A stretch of 64,000 bases of DNA from an uncultured Bdellovibrio sp. Its GTDB lineage: Bacteria > Bdellovibrionota > Bdellovibrionia > Bdellovibrionales > Bdellovibrionaceae. Both the position numbers and the translations under genes were made by a program. The notes beneath the pieces were generated by a model. It worked only from the letters and a program-made list of their open reading frames with translations, searched no databases and was not told the DNA's origin. The stretch lies in the NCBI GenBank assembly GCA_963932905.1, contig CAWVRN010000009.1, forward strand, positions 1 through 64,000. Direction: 5' to 3'. Of this stretch, positions 47,336 to 56,517 are shown piece by piece; position 1 is the first letter of the stretch; every line of letters begins with the position of its first letter.

Positions 47336-47815
47336 ATGAAGAATTTTTTGATAATGTCGGTCTTTTTTGTAGCAGGTTTAGCGCAGGCAGACGTTGAGTT
47401 TAACAAAGCGGCGTGTTTAAAAGTGATGCCGGCTGCCTACACAGCCTTATGTGGATTGCATGAAGATCAGTTTAAGCAACTTTCGTTTCGTAAAGATGTC
47501 GTTTATGGCTATTCGTACACAAGCTGTGATAGATTCACTGGCCAAGTTTCTGCGCCTACAACACGGACAGTTCCCTGTTTAGTTTACTTTGCGGAAAATG
47601 AATCTAAAAAAGAAATCGCTATTCAGTCTATCTTTGGAAACACGCCACGATACCCACTTAGCTACAAAGGTTTGTTTGTTGGAGTTATCGTTCGCGCGAG
47701 ACAAGTTCAAATGGGGCATAATTCAGGAATTCCTCAGCGTCAGTATGGCGAATCACAAACAGTTCGCCAATATGGTGATAGTCAAAACGGACTAGCCCAG
47801 CAGCAAATGCAGTAG
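47336..47815 (+). CDS. Secreted hypothetical protein with Gln-rich tail
   Basis: Signal peptide LAQA; four Cys; RQYGESQ/RQYGDSQ repeat. Confidence 0.7.
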   Translation: MKNFLIMSVFFVAGLAQADVEFNKAACLKVMPAAYTALCGLHEDQFKQLSFRKDVVYGYSYTSCDRFTGQVSAPTTRTVPCLVYFAENESKKEIAIQSIFGNTPRYPLSYKGLFVGVIVRARQVQMGHNSGIPQRQYGESQTVRQYGDSQNGLAQQQMQ

Positions 47816-47834
47816 TCGCAAATAAAAATAGAAA

Positions 47835-47862
47835 AACCCGAAGCTATTTCTAACTTCGGGTT
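47835..47862. terminator. Probable bidirectional terminator
   Basis: AACCCGAAG / CTTCGGGTT with A/T flanks between convergent genes. Confidence 0.65.
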
Positions 47863-47887
47863 CGATTTTTCTGCGTACTGTGAAAAA

Positions 47888-48772
47888 TTATTTCTGTTTA
47901 ATCGCTTCTAGAAAATTAGATTCCTTGTCTGAACCATTAGAACGAACCTGATTCAAACGTTCGGTGCGCTTGTTCAAGTCAACAATTCCGTATACGTTAG
48001 CTTGAATGCCGCGAGGTAAAAGAGCATCGCTGCTTTCGATTAATATTCTAAGAGGACCCTGGTCAATACGAATTCTATTTTTTTCCGCCACTCCGATTTT
48101 TTTTGCACCTTCAAAGGGCAAATAACTCATGTAGACAGATCCCTGATGAGTAGTGACGCCGTAGTAAACATTGTTTCCCGTCGAATTATCCAAACGTGAG
48201 GCCCAAACATTTCCCTTGTTGTCAAAGATCGTCATGCGATTAGAATTGATACCTAACTTGCCAATATCAACCGTGTTGTCGTCAGTCCAAACTTGAATGT
48301 GAAACTGAGCCACAATCCGACGAGTGTCATCTTGGTATAGAACGATCGATGGGCCCGCCATGTTTTCAACTGTGTAGTCTTTCTCTTGAAGTAACTTTCC
48401 TGTTTTCACACTGCCGTCGCGATTTTTAGCCATAGAATCGTACTGACGAAATTTAACTTGAAGTTCACCTTGAGCATTGAACTGCCATTCATGATACAAA
48501 GCCGTTGTCGGTAAACCCTTAGTCGCTACATTCCAGTAACTAGTGATGGGTTTATCATTACCGAATCTCCACTTGCGTTCTTCGTCGGCTTTAAATAACA
48601 AGCGAGTGCCTGTTTTGTTAAATACTAACAGATTTCCTTGGATTTCAATTTTCCAGCGCAATGATTCCACGTCTAATTCTTTGCGGGGTGTATCGAATTC
48701 CGAAAAATTGATATCTTCGGCGTGAGTAGCGAAAGCCATAACTAAAGTTAAAAACAAAAAACAAAATTTCAT
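47888..48772 (-). CDS. Secreted hypothetical protein downstream of the ECF locus
   Basis: Signal peptide ATHA; AAAGG RBS before ATG 48772. Confidence 0.75.
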   Translation of the reverse strand: MKFCFLFLTLVMAFATHAEDINFSEFDTPRKELDVESLRWKIEIQGNLLVFNKTGTRLLFKADEERKWRFGNDKPITSYWNVATKGLPTTALYHEWQFNAQGELQVKFRQYDSMAKNRDGSVKTGKLLQEKDYTVENMAGPSIVLYQDDTRRIVAQFHIQVWTDDNTVDIGKLGINSNRMTIFDNKGNVWASRLDNSTGNNVYYGVTTHQGSVYMSYLPFEGAKKIGVAEKNRIRIDQGPLRILIESSDALLPRGIQANVYGIVDLNKRTERLNQVRSNGSDKESNFLEAIKQK

Positions 48773-48830
48773 AAATCTACCTTTCAAAAAATATTCAAAC
48801 AAGCACTTGCGAATGGTTATGTTGTCAACA

Positions 48831-49100
48831 CTAGTTATTGGTGTAAACGTACTCGAAAGTTTCATCTTCAACCTGATTTTTTGCGACCATCGAGAAAAAA
48901 TCGGGACTAGATTGTAATAGAAATTTACCAATCAAGATACCTGCAATCAAAGCCGCCGCTAAAGACCACCAATTATTCTTCTTCATTGAAAATGTGGAAA
49001 CCTTAAATGGTGTACGCGCCCATTCCATCATCATTTGCGGAGTCGGAGGCTGATCTAATTTTTTACCTAATTGCTTAAGTGATTTAAAATCATCATTCAT
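48831..49100 (-). CDS. Small single-TM protein, putative anti-sigma factor
   Basis: ATGA overlap with the ECF sigma; WW.LAAALIAGILIG TM segment. Confidence 0.6.
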   Translation of the reverse strand: MNDDFKSLKQLGKKLDQPPTPQMMMEWARTPFKVSTFSMKKNNWWSLAAALIAGILIGKFLLQSSPDFFSMVAKNQVEDETFEYVYTNN

Positions 49101-49609
49101 AAACTGATTCCCTTTGTTTCTAATAAATTTTTCAATTTTTCTTTGGCTCGAAACAGGTGACTCTTCACAGTGCCCACTGGCAATTTCATCAACAGCGCAA
49201 TATCTTCCAGTTTTAATTCGTCATCCATATATAGAGTGAGCACTTCCTGCTGGACCGGATTCAAATTTTTAATTTCTTTTAAAAATAATTCGATAGTTTG
49301 ATGGCGCTGGTAACTGCTTTCAAGATTTGACTCAGGCGAGTCTACAATGTCATCCCAATTAAAATCGTCGTCCATTAAATAGATCTGGCTATTTTGGTGA
49401 TTTTCTAAAGCCACAAATCGAGCAATCCCAAACGCAAAGGCATCGAGAGAACCTTTGGCTTTGTCAAAAGCTCCATCGGTAATTTTTTGATACAAGCGTG
49501 AGAAAACGTCCTGAGTTAGGTCGTCGGTATCTTTTAGGAACCCGCGTCGTATAAAATAATTATAAAGACGAGGCCCTAGGCGCTCGACGATTTCATTCCA
49601 GTCCAACAT
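49097..49609 (-). CDS. ECF RNA polymerase sigma factor
   Basis: DDLTQDVF (region 2); DIA.LMKLPVGTVKSHLFRAK (region 4). Start ATG 49609 with a GAGGG RBS. Confidence 0.92.
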   Translation of the reverse strand: MLDWNEIVERLGPRLYNYFIRRGFLKDTDDLTQDVFSRLYQKITDGAFDKAKGSLDAFAFGIARFVALENHQNSQIYLMDDDFNWDDIVDSPESNLESSYQRHQTIELFLKEIKNLNPVQQEVLTLYMDDELKLEDIALLMKLPVGTVKSHLFRAKEKLKNLLETKGISL

Positions 49610-49672
49610 GTTCCCTCTGGATATTAATTGTCGCTTTTGCCCTAAAAGTTGCAAGATTTTTTAAAATCCCGG

Positions 49673-49911
49673 TTTTTTGATTTTTGAGGGCTACCTTCTT
49701 TTAAAAACTTAGGTCCTTGTTAGTGCGTGGGGACTTCCTTTTGATGGAATTTTTTTTAAGGTATATGAAAAAGCCTCGGCAGTCCTCGCCGGCGCTGAAC
49801 GCCTGTCTGCGGAACTCATTTTTTCATATACCTTAAAAAAAATTCCATCAAAAGGAAGTCCGAGCTTGAATTGGCGTTTTTAAAAGAAGGTAGCCCTCAA
49901 AAATCAAAAAA
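49673..49911. repeat. Nested long inverted repeat (MITE/REP-like or structured RNA)
   Basis: Perfect 36-bp outer arms (49673-49708 / 49876-49911) and 42-bp inner arms (49731-49772 / 49820-49861) around a 47-nt GC-rich core. Confidence 0.9.
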
Positions 49912-50033
49912 AACATCCACACCGGGGGCGCCTAACCGTTGCAATGTGGTTTTCTTTTGAGACTTCGTAAACGGAAAGCAGAACGGTAACGTCGAGCGGA
50001 GGCGATCAGCCTCACAAGTCATCGATTTAGAGC

Positions 50034-50411
50034 TTAAACAGACTCTGTCTGAATCGTGACGTGACTCGTGATTAATTTATGAATAGGACACTTATCCGCA
50101 ATTTCCATCAATCGTGTTTTGTCTTCAGCACTCAAAGTACCGACTAAATGAACTTTGCGAGACAAAATAGAATCCTTACCTTCGGAAACCGTGTGCACTT
50201 CAACTTGCACATCTTCCAATGCCATGTTCTTGCGTTTAGCATACATCTTTAATGTGATCGCTGTGCAGGCAGCCAGTGCTGTTTCTAAAACTTCATGTGG
50301 ATTCATGGCTTCGTCATTGCCTCCGTTGGCAATGCTCGTGTCAGCCAGAATGGAGTGGGTACGAACAGTGGATTTAACGACTAAATTGTGGACGCCTTTA
50401 AGTTGAATCAT
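50034..50411 (-). CDS. OsmC/YhfA family protein
   Basis: GG.D.AMNPHE....LAACTAITLKMYA; ADKCPIHK. Confidence 0.9.
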   Translation of the reverse strand: MIQLKGVHNLVVKSTVRTHSILADTSIANGGNDEAMNPHEVLETALAACTAITLKMYAKRKNMALEDVQVEVHTVSEGKDSILSRKVHLVGTLSAEDKTRLMEIADKCPIHKLITSHVTIQTESV

Positions 50412-50455
50412 TTCTATACCTTGATTTATCTTCTAAAAAAAATCAATATGAATAG

Positions 50456-51289
50456 GTGAGAGCAGAGATAATTTTAGTCGCCTCGGCATTTTTTCATTCA
50501 TCTTGGAATTTTATTTTCAAACGCCTGAATCCCAAGCATTCGGTATTATTACTTGTCGTAACTACGGCGACGTTGACCTCTATTTGTGTCGCGCCCTTCA
50601 CGGGTGGATTAAAAATTGGATCTACTTTGGGGCTTGCATTCACAGTCACCGCGGGATTATTTGAGGCTGGTTATTTCCATTCCTTGAGTCGCACCTATGA
50701 AACAGCCCCGTTTGGAATTTCCTATTCCATCATGAGGGGTGGGGCGATGTTGCTTGTTGCTGTAATTTCAGTTTTATTTCTGAAAGAGCCACTTTCGGGA
50801 CTAAAGCTGGTCGGGATGTTGCTTCTGGTGCTGGGTATTTTTCTAACGCCGTCAAAAGATAAAGATACATTAAGTCGAGCGGGATTATTTTGGGCATTGA
50901 GCTGTTCGTTCTTTATTGCTGGCTATCATATTTTCTACGGCTTAGCGTTGGCGGAAGGGGTCAGCCAAGTCGGGTTATTTGTTCTTTCCATGCTGACGTC
51001 GGTTCCATTTCTGGCGCTGAAATCTCGAGCCGCGGCTTTAAAAGATATGAAGAAAATTGATCCTAAAAATTATCGCTGGATTATCTTTGCTGGGGTCTTG
51101 TCCGGTAGTTCGTTCATACTATTTCTATATGGTTTGAAAAATAGTTATGCGGGCGTGGCGATATCGCTGCGTAATACCTCGATATTATTTTCCCAGGGAT
51201 TTGCGTGGTGGCTGGGTGAGCGTTTGACCAAAGCGCAATGGCTGGGTGTTAGCGCTATCTTTATCGGTGCGTTGCTGATCGGTCAGTAA
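50456..51289 (+). CDS. DMT/EamA family transporter
   Basis: SAFFHSSWN, YSIMRG, LRNTSILF; about 10 TM segments. Confidence 0.85.
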   Translation: MRAEIILVASAFFHSSWNFIFKRLNPKHSVLLLVVTTATLTSICVAPFTGGLKIGSTLGLAFTVTAGLFEAGYFHSLSRTYETAPFGISYSIMRGGAMLLVAVISVLFLKEPLSGLKLVGMLLLVLGIFLTPSKDKDTLSRAGLFWALSCSFFIAGYHIFYGLALAEGVSQVGLFVLSMLTSVPFLALKSRAAALKDMKKIDPKNYRWIIFAGVLSGSSFILFLYGLKNSYAGVAISLRNTSILFSQGFAWWLGERLTKAQWLGVSAIFIGALLIGQ

Positions 51290-51457
51290 AAAAGTATCGA
51301 CGCTGCTAAAAATCGATGACTTTTTCGCAGATTCATTGCCAATAAGAGGCCATGAAAATCGCGCCATTGTTGGTGAGTCCGGTTTCAATATGATTTTTAA
51401 TCTTCTTCAATTTCAGTTGAAGGCATTTTTAAAGGACTATCATCTCAATGAAAAAAA

Positions 51458-51955
51458 TTAACGTCGTAGACCAGACGATCGTGCGGCGACTTTCGATGTG
51501 GCGATTCCAATTTGCTCGCTACCAATTCGACCCGAACACGCACCTGTTGGAAATCCTTTAATCATTTCAGGTGTGTCATAACGACTGCACTCAAATACCA
51601 AACCATTCGTTGCATGAGTTAATTTAAATTGTGACACGATATAATCGCGTTCCGGTGATGGCGGCAGGACCCAGTACATGCTAACGACAGCGTTCCAGCC
51701 ATTTTGAGTCAACGTCATCGATTTCACCGTCGATGTACCCGGCTGCGTCGGGTGCGGCAGTTCAATTTCAACAGCCCATGGCGATCCAAATGCTTGTGGC
51801 AAAGGGCAGTTTTTAGGTTCTAAACACACCGGACGTTTCCATAAATTAATTTGACCCACAAATTTCTCAGCCGAAAACGAAGATAGGGGAAAGGCAGCAA
51901 TAAAAGTAAAAAATAACGATAATATCCAGCGGCGGTTGATATTCTTGTGTTGCAT
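51458..51955 (-). CDS. Secreted hypothetical protein
   Basis: Signal peptide; four Cys. Confidence 0.65.
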   Translation of the reverse strand: MQHKNINRRWILSLFFTFIAAFPLSSFSAEKFVGQINLWKRPVCLEPKNCPLPQAFGSPWAVEIELPHPTQPGTSTVKSMTLTQNGWNAVVSMYWVLPPSPERDYIVSQFKLTHATNGLVFECSRYDTPEMIKGFPTGACSGRIGSEQIGIATSKVAARSSGLRR

Positions 51956-51983
51956 GAGAATCCTAACGAGTTATGCTTTTTTT

Positions 51984-52646
51984 ATGCGTATATCTATCTT
52001 TTTAATTTCGATTTTTCTACTAAAAACAACAGCCTTCGCCGTCCATATCGGTTGTGTAACGATTTACGAGCGATCTTTATGCGAAACGGAACAAACATTT
52101 CAGTATAAATCAGAAGCGCTAAGCTGGGAAATGCCTAAAGAAGAATTTAAAAATAAATTGGTGGCTATGTTAGATAAAGCGCAGCCTGGACACGGGGCAC
52201 GTGTGGGTAACGTGTTCTTGTGGGTCAACGATTTTAATTCACAAAGTGCGATGCGCGTTCAATTTTGGTCGAATGAGCGAAGTTTTATTGTCGATGTACC
52301 GCTGGACATTAATAATTTAGATAAGGAAGAAAGTTTCACGGTTCGTGCGGCGGGACTTGTGCCGTATCCCGTGGATTTTGGTTATACGGTGGGTGAAGTG
52401 ATCATTTCATGTGTGGATGATTGCGGACAGCAACACAAAGACTGGTTAGCCAATGCTGGATTTGCCGAGGTTCAATTGTTGCTTCCAAAAATGTATTTGG
52501 TGACTGTACCGAAATTCACCGAAGCTAAAACGGTTGAAAATTTAAAAACTAAATCTGATTTTAACCGCTTGTTTACATCGTTAGAATTATCCCCTGTATT
52601 AGAAGGTAATGGATCTAGAGAAATGGCGTTTTCGATCTTCTTTTGA
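51984..52646 (+). CDS. Secreted hypothetical protein
   Basis: Signal peptide TAFA from ATG 51984. Confidence 0.65.
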   Translation: MRISIFLISIFLLKTTAFAVHIGCVTIYERSLCETEQTFQYKSEALSWEMPKEEFKNKLVAMLDKAQPGHGARVGNVFLWVNDFNSQSAMRVQFWSNERSFIVDVPLDINNLDKEESFTVRAAGLVPYPVDFGYTVGEVIISCVDDCGQQHKDWLANAGFAEVQLLLPKMYLVTVPKFTEAKTVENLKTKSDFNRLFTSLELSPVLEGNGSREMAFSIFF

Positions 52647-52686
52647 TCTATTGACCTTTCTATAGCTGTCAATTATTTTTCTGATC

Positions 52687-54240
52687 ATGAAAAACGATCA
52701 ATCATCCGAATCAAATAAATTATGGTACCGCGCTCTACGTCACGTAGAAGCGGCAGGAAATGCACTTCCGCATCCCGCTCTTCTTTTTTTATATTTAACG
52801 GGATTTGTGCTGCTGTTGTCGGGATTTGTAACGGCGATCGATATGCAAGCAGTTCATCCCGTCAGTAAAGAAACTTTGCTTCCAGTGAATTTACTTTCTG
52901 GTCATGGTCTACGGTATATCTTAACGGACATGGTGAAAAATTTTACGTCGTTTGCACCGCTCGGAACTGTTTTGGTCGCGATGCTTGGCTTTAGTTTAGC
53001 CGAAAAAAGTGGAATGCTGTCCGCACTTCTTCGCCTGCTGGTGCTAAATTCGCCTCGAAAAATGTTAGTCCCCATTATTCTAATGGCCGGGGTTTTATCA
53101 CACACCGGCGGAGACATTGGTTACATTCTGTTAATTCCACTCGCTGCGATGACATTTCATAGTGCGGGATTAAATCCACTCGCGGGTCTGGCGATTTGTT
53201 TTGCCGGTGTATCAGGGGGATTTGCCGCGAATTTACTATTAAGCACTGCAGATCCACTGTTATCCGGGATCTCGCAAGAAGCCGCACGCATTTTAGATAA
53301 ATCGTATATCGTAACACCGTTATCCAATTGGTTTTTTATGTCATCGTCATCATTTTTAATCGTCGGTGTAGGAACATTTATCGCGTATAAAATTACAATT
53401 CCCTTTTTAGGTGACTACCATGGTCCGGTAGAAAAAGCGCCATTAGAAAAATTGTCGACGGCAGAAAAACGCGGATTAAAAGCTGCGGGTATAGTGGCTT
53501 TGGTATTCTTTGCTTTTTTACTGGCGGGACTAGTTCCAGAAAATGGATACTTGCGCGAACCAAAGACTCCGGATCTATTTCATTCGTCAGCTTTGAAAGG
53601 TGTTGTGACATTGATCTTTATTTTAGGTTCAACGACGGGTTTAGCATTTGGTTTTAAAAGTGGAACGTTTACCAAGGTGGAAGACATCGTAAAATCTATG
53701 CAGGAAGCTATGGTTTCGATGGCGCCGTATCTGGTTTTGGTATTCTTTGCTTCGCAATTTATTTCTTTATTTAATTATTCGAATATTGGAATTATTTTAG
53801 CCGTTAAAGGGTCGGAAGTTTTAAAATCGTGGGAACTAGGGACTATACCTTTAATGCTAGGATTTGTTTTATTAACTGTATTCCTAGATCTCGTGATTGG
53901 TTCGGCATCGGCGAAATGGGCGTTGATGGCGCCGGTGTTTGTGCCAATGTTTATGCTGCTGGGAGTTTCGCCAGAATTGTCGCAGACGTCCTACAGAGTT
54001 GCTGATTCGGTTGTGAATATCATTTCGCCGTTGATGACTTATTTTCCAATGATCCTCGCATTTGCTCATAAATATGATTCAAATGCCAAGGTAGGGACAA
54101 TCATTGCGTTGATGTTGCCATATTCGATTGGCTTTTTGATCTTCTGGTCGTTAATGTTATTTGTTTGGATTACGTTTGGAATTCCAGTGGGACCTGGTGC
54201 AGCGCTGGAATATATGCTTCCTGAATCGCAAGCCAAGTAG
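52687..54240 (+). CDS. abgT: AbgT family transporter
   Basis: VE.AGN.LPHP, FAGVSGGF.AN, GSASAKWA, YRVADS..NIISP. Confidence 0.93.
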   Translation: MKNDQSSESNKLWYRALRHVEAAGNALPHPALLFLYLTGFVLLLSGFVTAIDMQAVHPVSKETLLPVNLLSGHGLRYILTDMVKNFTSFAPLGTVLVAMLGFSLAEKSGMLSALLRLLVLNSPRKMLVPIILMAGVLSHTGGDIGYILLIPLAAMTFHSAGLNPLAGLAICFAGVSGGFAANLLLSTADPLLSGISQEAARILDKSYIVTPLSNWFFMSSSSFLIVGVGTFIAYKITIPFLGDYHGPVEKAPLEKLSTAEKRGLKAAGIVALVFFAFLLAGLVPENGYLREPKTPDLFHSSALKGVVTLIFILGSTTGLAFGFKSGTFTKVEDIVKSMQEAMVSMAPYLVLVFFASQFISLFNYSNIGIILAVKGSEVLKSWELGTIPLMLGFVLLTVFLDLVIGSASAKWALMAPVFVPMFMLLGVSPELSQTSYRVADSVVNIISPLMTYFPMILAFAHKYDSNAKVGTIIALMLPYSIGFLIFWSLMLFVWITFGIPVGPGAALEYMLPESQAK

Positions 54241-54330
54241 TGTTGTAGGATTTACCGACCAGAATAACGACATCCAGAAAGGCCAGGTCTTTCGGTATAC
54301 TGCGGGACCCTAAAAGAACCCGGAGGCCCC

Positions 54331-55020
54331 ATGTCTGCTTTTAAAAACATCCTTGTGATGTCGGCATTAATTTTTTCTGTGAACGCATTTTCACAAATCA
54401 AAAATTTTCATGCATTATCAGGTCAAATTTTCCGTAGCGCGGCTCCTACAAAAGATTCAACGTTCTTGAAACAAACAGGATTTACTCACGTTTTAATTTT
54501 TAAAAACGAAGTAAAAGACGAGGTATCAAAAGAAATCGCCGATTTACAAAAGGCAGGAATTCCGGCAGCCAATATTTACCATGTTCCATTTAAATGGAAA
54601 GACATGGGACCAGTTGAAGAATCCTGCGTTCAAGTGGTTCAAGCATTGGACTACTTAGTAAAAATCGAAAAATCGCGTTCACATAAAATTTTATTTCACT
54701 GTACAGCGGGCGAAGACAGAACGGGCGCTTTAGCTGGTTTATATCGTATGCTATACAGCCGCTGGAATATCGATCGCGCTTTCGTAGATGAAATGTGTGC
54801 ACATGGTTATGAAGCGGGCGATAAAAGAAAACCACAACCGGTTGTGAACGAAGTTCGTGAAGAAGTAACACCGGTGTTTTTGGCTGTAGCCGGGTTAATA
54901 ATCGATGGAAAGATTTCGTTTAATAACTTAAACACGGGTGCGTGCCGTGCTGGTGGGCATAAATCAGCTACGTATACGAATCTTCTGGCTGCGCAGAAGA
55001 CTCGTTATACGTGCCGATAA
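54331..55020 (+). CDS. Exported tyrosine/dual-specificity-type phosphatase
   Basis: FRSAAP; HCTAGEDRTG CX5R loop; signal peptide NAFS. Confidence 0.85.
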   Translation: MSAFKNILVMSALIFSVNAFSQIKNFHALSGQIFRSAAPTKDSTFLKQTGFTHVLIFKNEVKDEVSKEIADLQKAGIPAANIYHVPFKWKDMGPVEESCVQVVQALDYLVKIEKSRSHKILFHCTAGEDRTGALAGLYRMLYSRWNIDRAFVDEMCAHGYEAGDKRKPQPVVNEVREEVTPVFLAVAGLIIDGKISFNNLNTGACRAGGHKSATYTNLLAAQKTRYTCR

Positions 55021-55033
55021 TCAGTTATAAGAA

Positions 55034-56509
55034 CTAGAACACTAAATCATTAGCAAACGAACGCATTTCTTGTGTTGTTGAATTGACATTGAAAATACGT
55101 CTTGGTGCGCTGACTTCTTTTTGATCGGCAACCCCTTGGATAGACGCTGCAATGGCAGCTGGTACCGTCATTGATTTAGATTTTTCTGAAGCCATGTAAG
55201 CGCGGTCTGCATTGACAACGCCCGAACTGATGACTTTAGTTTTTAACCAATCTTTTTTATCCACTGTGCCCATCAAAATTTCTTTCATTTGAGCCGGTGT
55301 CAAAGCTGGATTGATATCTTTCATTTTTGCCGCCACACCCGCTACATACGGAGCCGCCATCGAAGTTCCAGACATTGGTAACACCATTTTGTTATCTAAG
55401 CTGGGAACAGAACTCTTAATCGCAACACCTGGCGCCGCCACGTGGACCGTTTTTAAACCATAGTTAGAAAAACTTGCTAAAGACATAACGCCGTTCGAAG
55501 CCGCTACTGTGATACCGTTATCGATAGCAATATTCGCTGGGAACGTAGGGCGTTTATCATTGTCAGAACCATCGTTGCCGGCCGCGATAACAAATAAGGT
55601 TTTAGCTGCAGAACCTAACCATTTTCTTCCAAGAGGTTCGTACTGGGCATTCATACGAGTGACTTCCGCATCCAATTTCAAATTGTAGGGAGCCATCATT
55701 TGAACATTCACTGCGGCTACACATTTTTTGTAAGCGGCTTCGTCACTACCTTTAGGACATTGTTTAGCGGCTTCCGCTGCGATCGCATCCGCAGTCGGTG
55801 GAACTACTTTTTGCAATTGTAATGACATACCCGCTATAGCTGCTAGTTGTACACCCAAACTATAATTAGCCACATCGATTTGTTGTTCATTGATATAAGC
55901 GGCTGCTTTTTCAAATGTACCATTTGTAAGGACTGCTAGTAATTTGTAGGCTAAATCAAGGATACCTTTCTTTTGACCCGGAGCTGCTGCTAGTGGATTT
56001 ACGAAATTGAGTGGCGTATCTGGGAACACGCGGTTCGACATAATTCTAGCATCCGGAGAAACTGATGCGACAATGCCCGATACATGCGTGCTGTGTGCAT
56101 ACTGTCCAAAAAAATTCAATTCGGTGCTTAGTTTTTGCTTTTCAGCGGTTGAAAGACTTGTGATATTTTCTTTCCAAAATTTTTCATCATCTGCAGTTTG
56201 AGCTCCGCTTTGAATGCGTGATAAAACGTCCATGATTTTAAATACTTTTTCTGGCACGTCTGCTACGTGCTGTTTGAAGAAAACTTTGCCGTAATTATCC
56301 GCAAAGTTCCAACCATAGATATCATCCACTTTTCCATTGCGATCATCGTCGACACGATTACCGGCGATTTCTTTAGTGTTGATAAGCGCGCGGCCAGTTA
56401 ACCATTCGTGGGTAAAATCAGTACCTGAATCCGTTACGGCTACGCGAGCTGAAAATGCGTTAAGTCCAACAAGTAGTAATGAGAGTGTTAGTTTATTGCT
56501 TATTTTCAT
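55034..56509 (-). CDS. Secreted S8 peptidase lacking an N-terminal prodomain
   Basis: VAVTDSG, HSTHVSG, AAGND, GTSMAAP. Confidence 0.9.
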   Translation of the reverse strand: MKISNKLTLSLLLVGLNAFSARVAVTDSGTDFTHEWLTGRALINTKEIAGNRVDDDRNGKVDDIYGWNFADNYGKVFFKQHVADVPEKVFKIMDVLSRIQSGAQTADDEKFWKENITSLSTAEKQKLSTELNFFGQYAHSTHVSGIVASVSPDARIMSNRVFPDTPLNFVNPLAAAPGQKKGILDLAYKLLAVLTNGTFEKAAAYINEQQIDVANYSLGVQLAAIAGMSLQLQKVVPPTADAIAAEAAKQCPKGSDEAAYKKCVAAVNVQMMAPYNLKLDAEVTRMNAQYEPLGRKWLGSAAKTLFVIAAGNDGSDNDKRPTFPANIAIDNGITVAASNGVMSLASFSNYGLKTVHVAAPGVAIKSSVPSLDNKMVLPMSGTSMAAPYVAGVAAKMKDINPALTPAQMKEILMGTVDKKDWLKTKVISSGVVNADRAYMASEKSKSMTVPAAIAASIQGVADQKEVSAPRRIFNVNSTTQEMRSFANDLVF

Positions 56510-56517
56510 ATGATCTC

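Noticed and set aside
49673..49911. Nested inverted repeat as 6S RNA or a simple terminator
   Set aside because: Arms are perfect, AT-rich and too long; 6S RNA has imperfect stems with a central bubble. Not formally excluded without a covariance search.
49897..50022. 41-codon minus-strand ORF (MTCEADRL...) after osmC
   Set aside because: No RBS or recognisable motif, and it runs into the palindrome arm.
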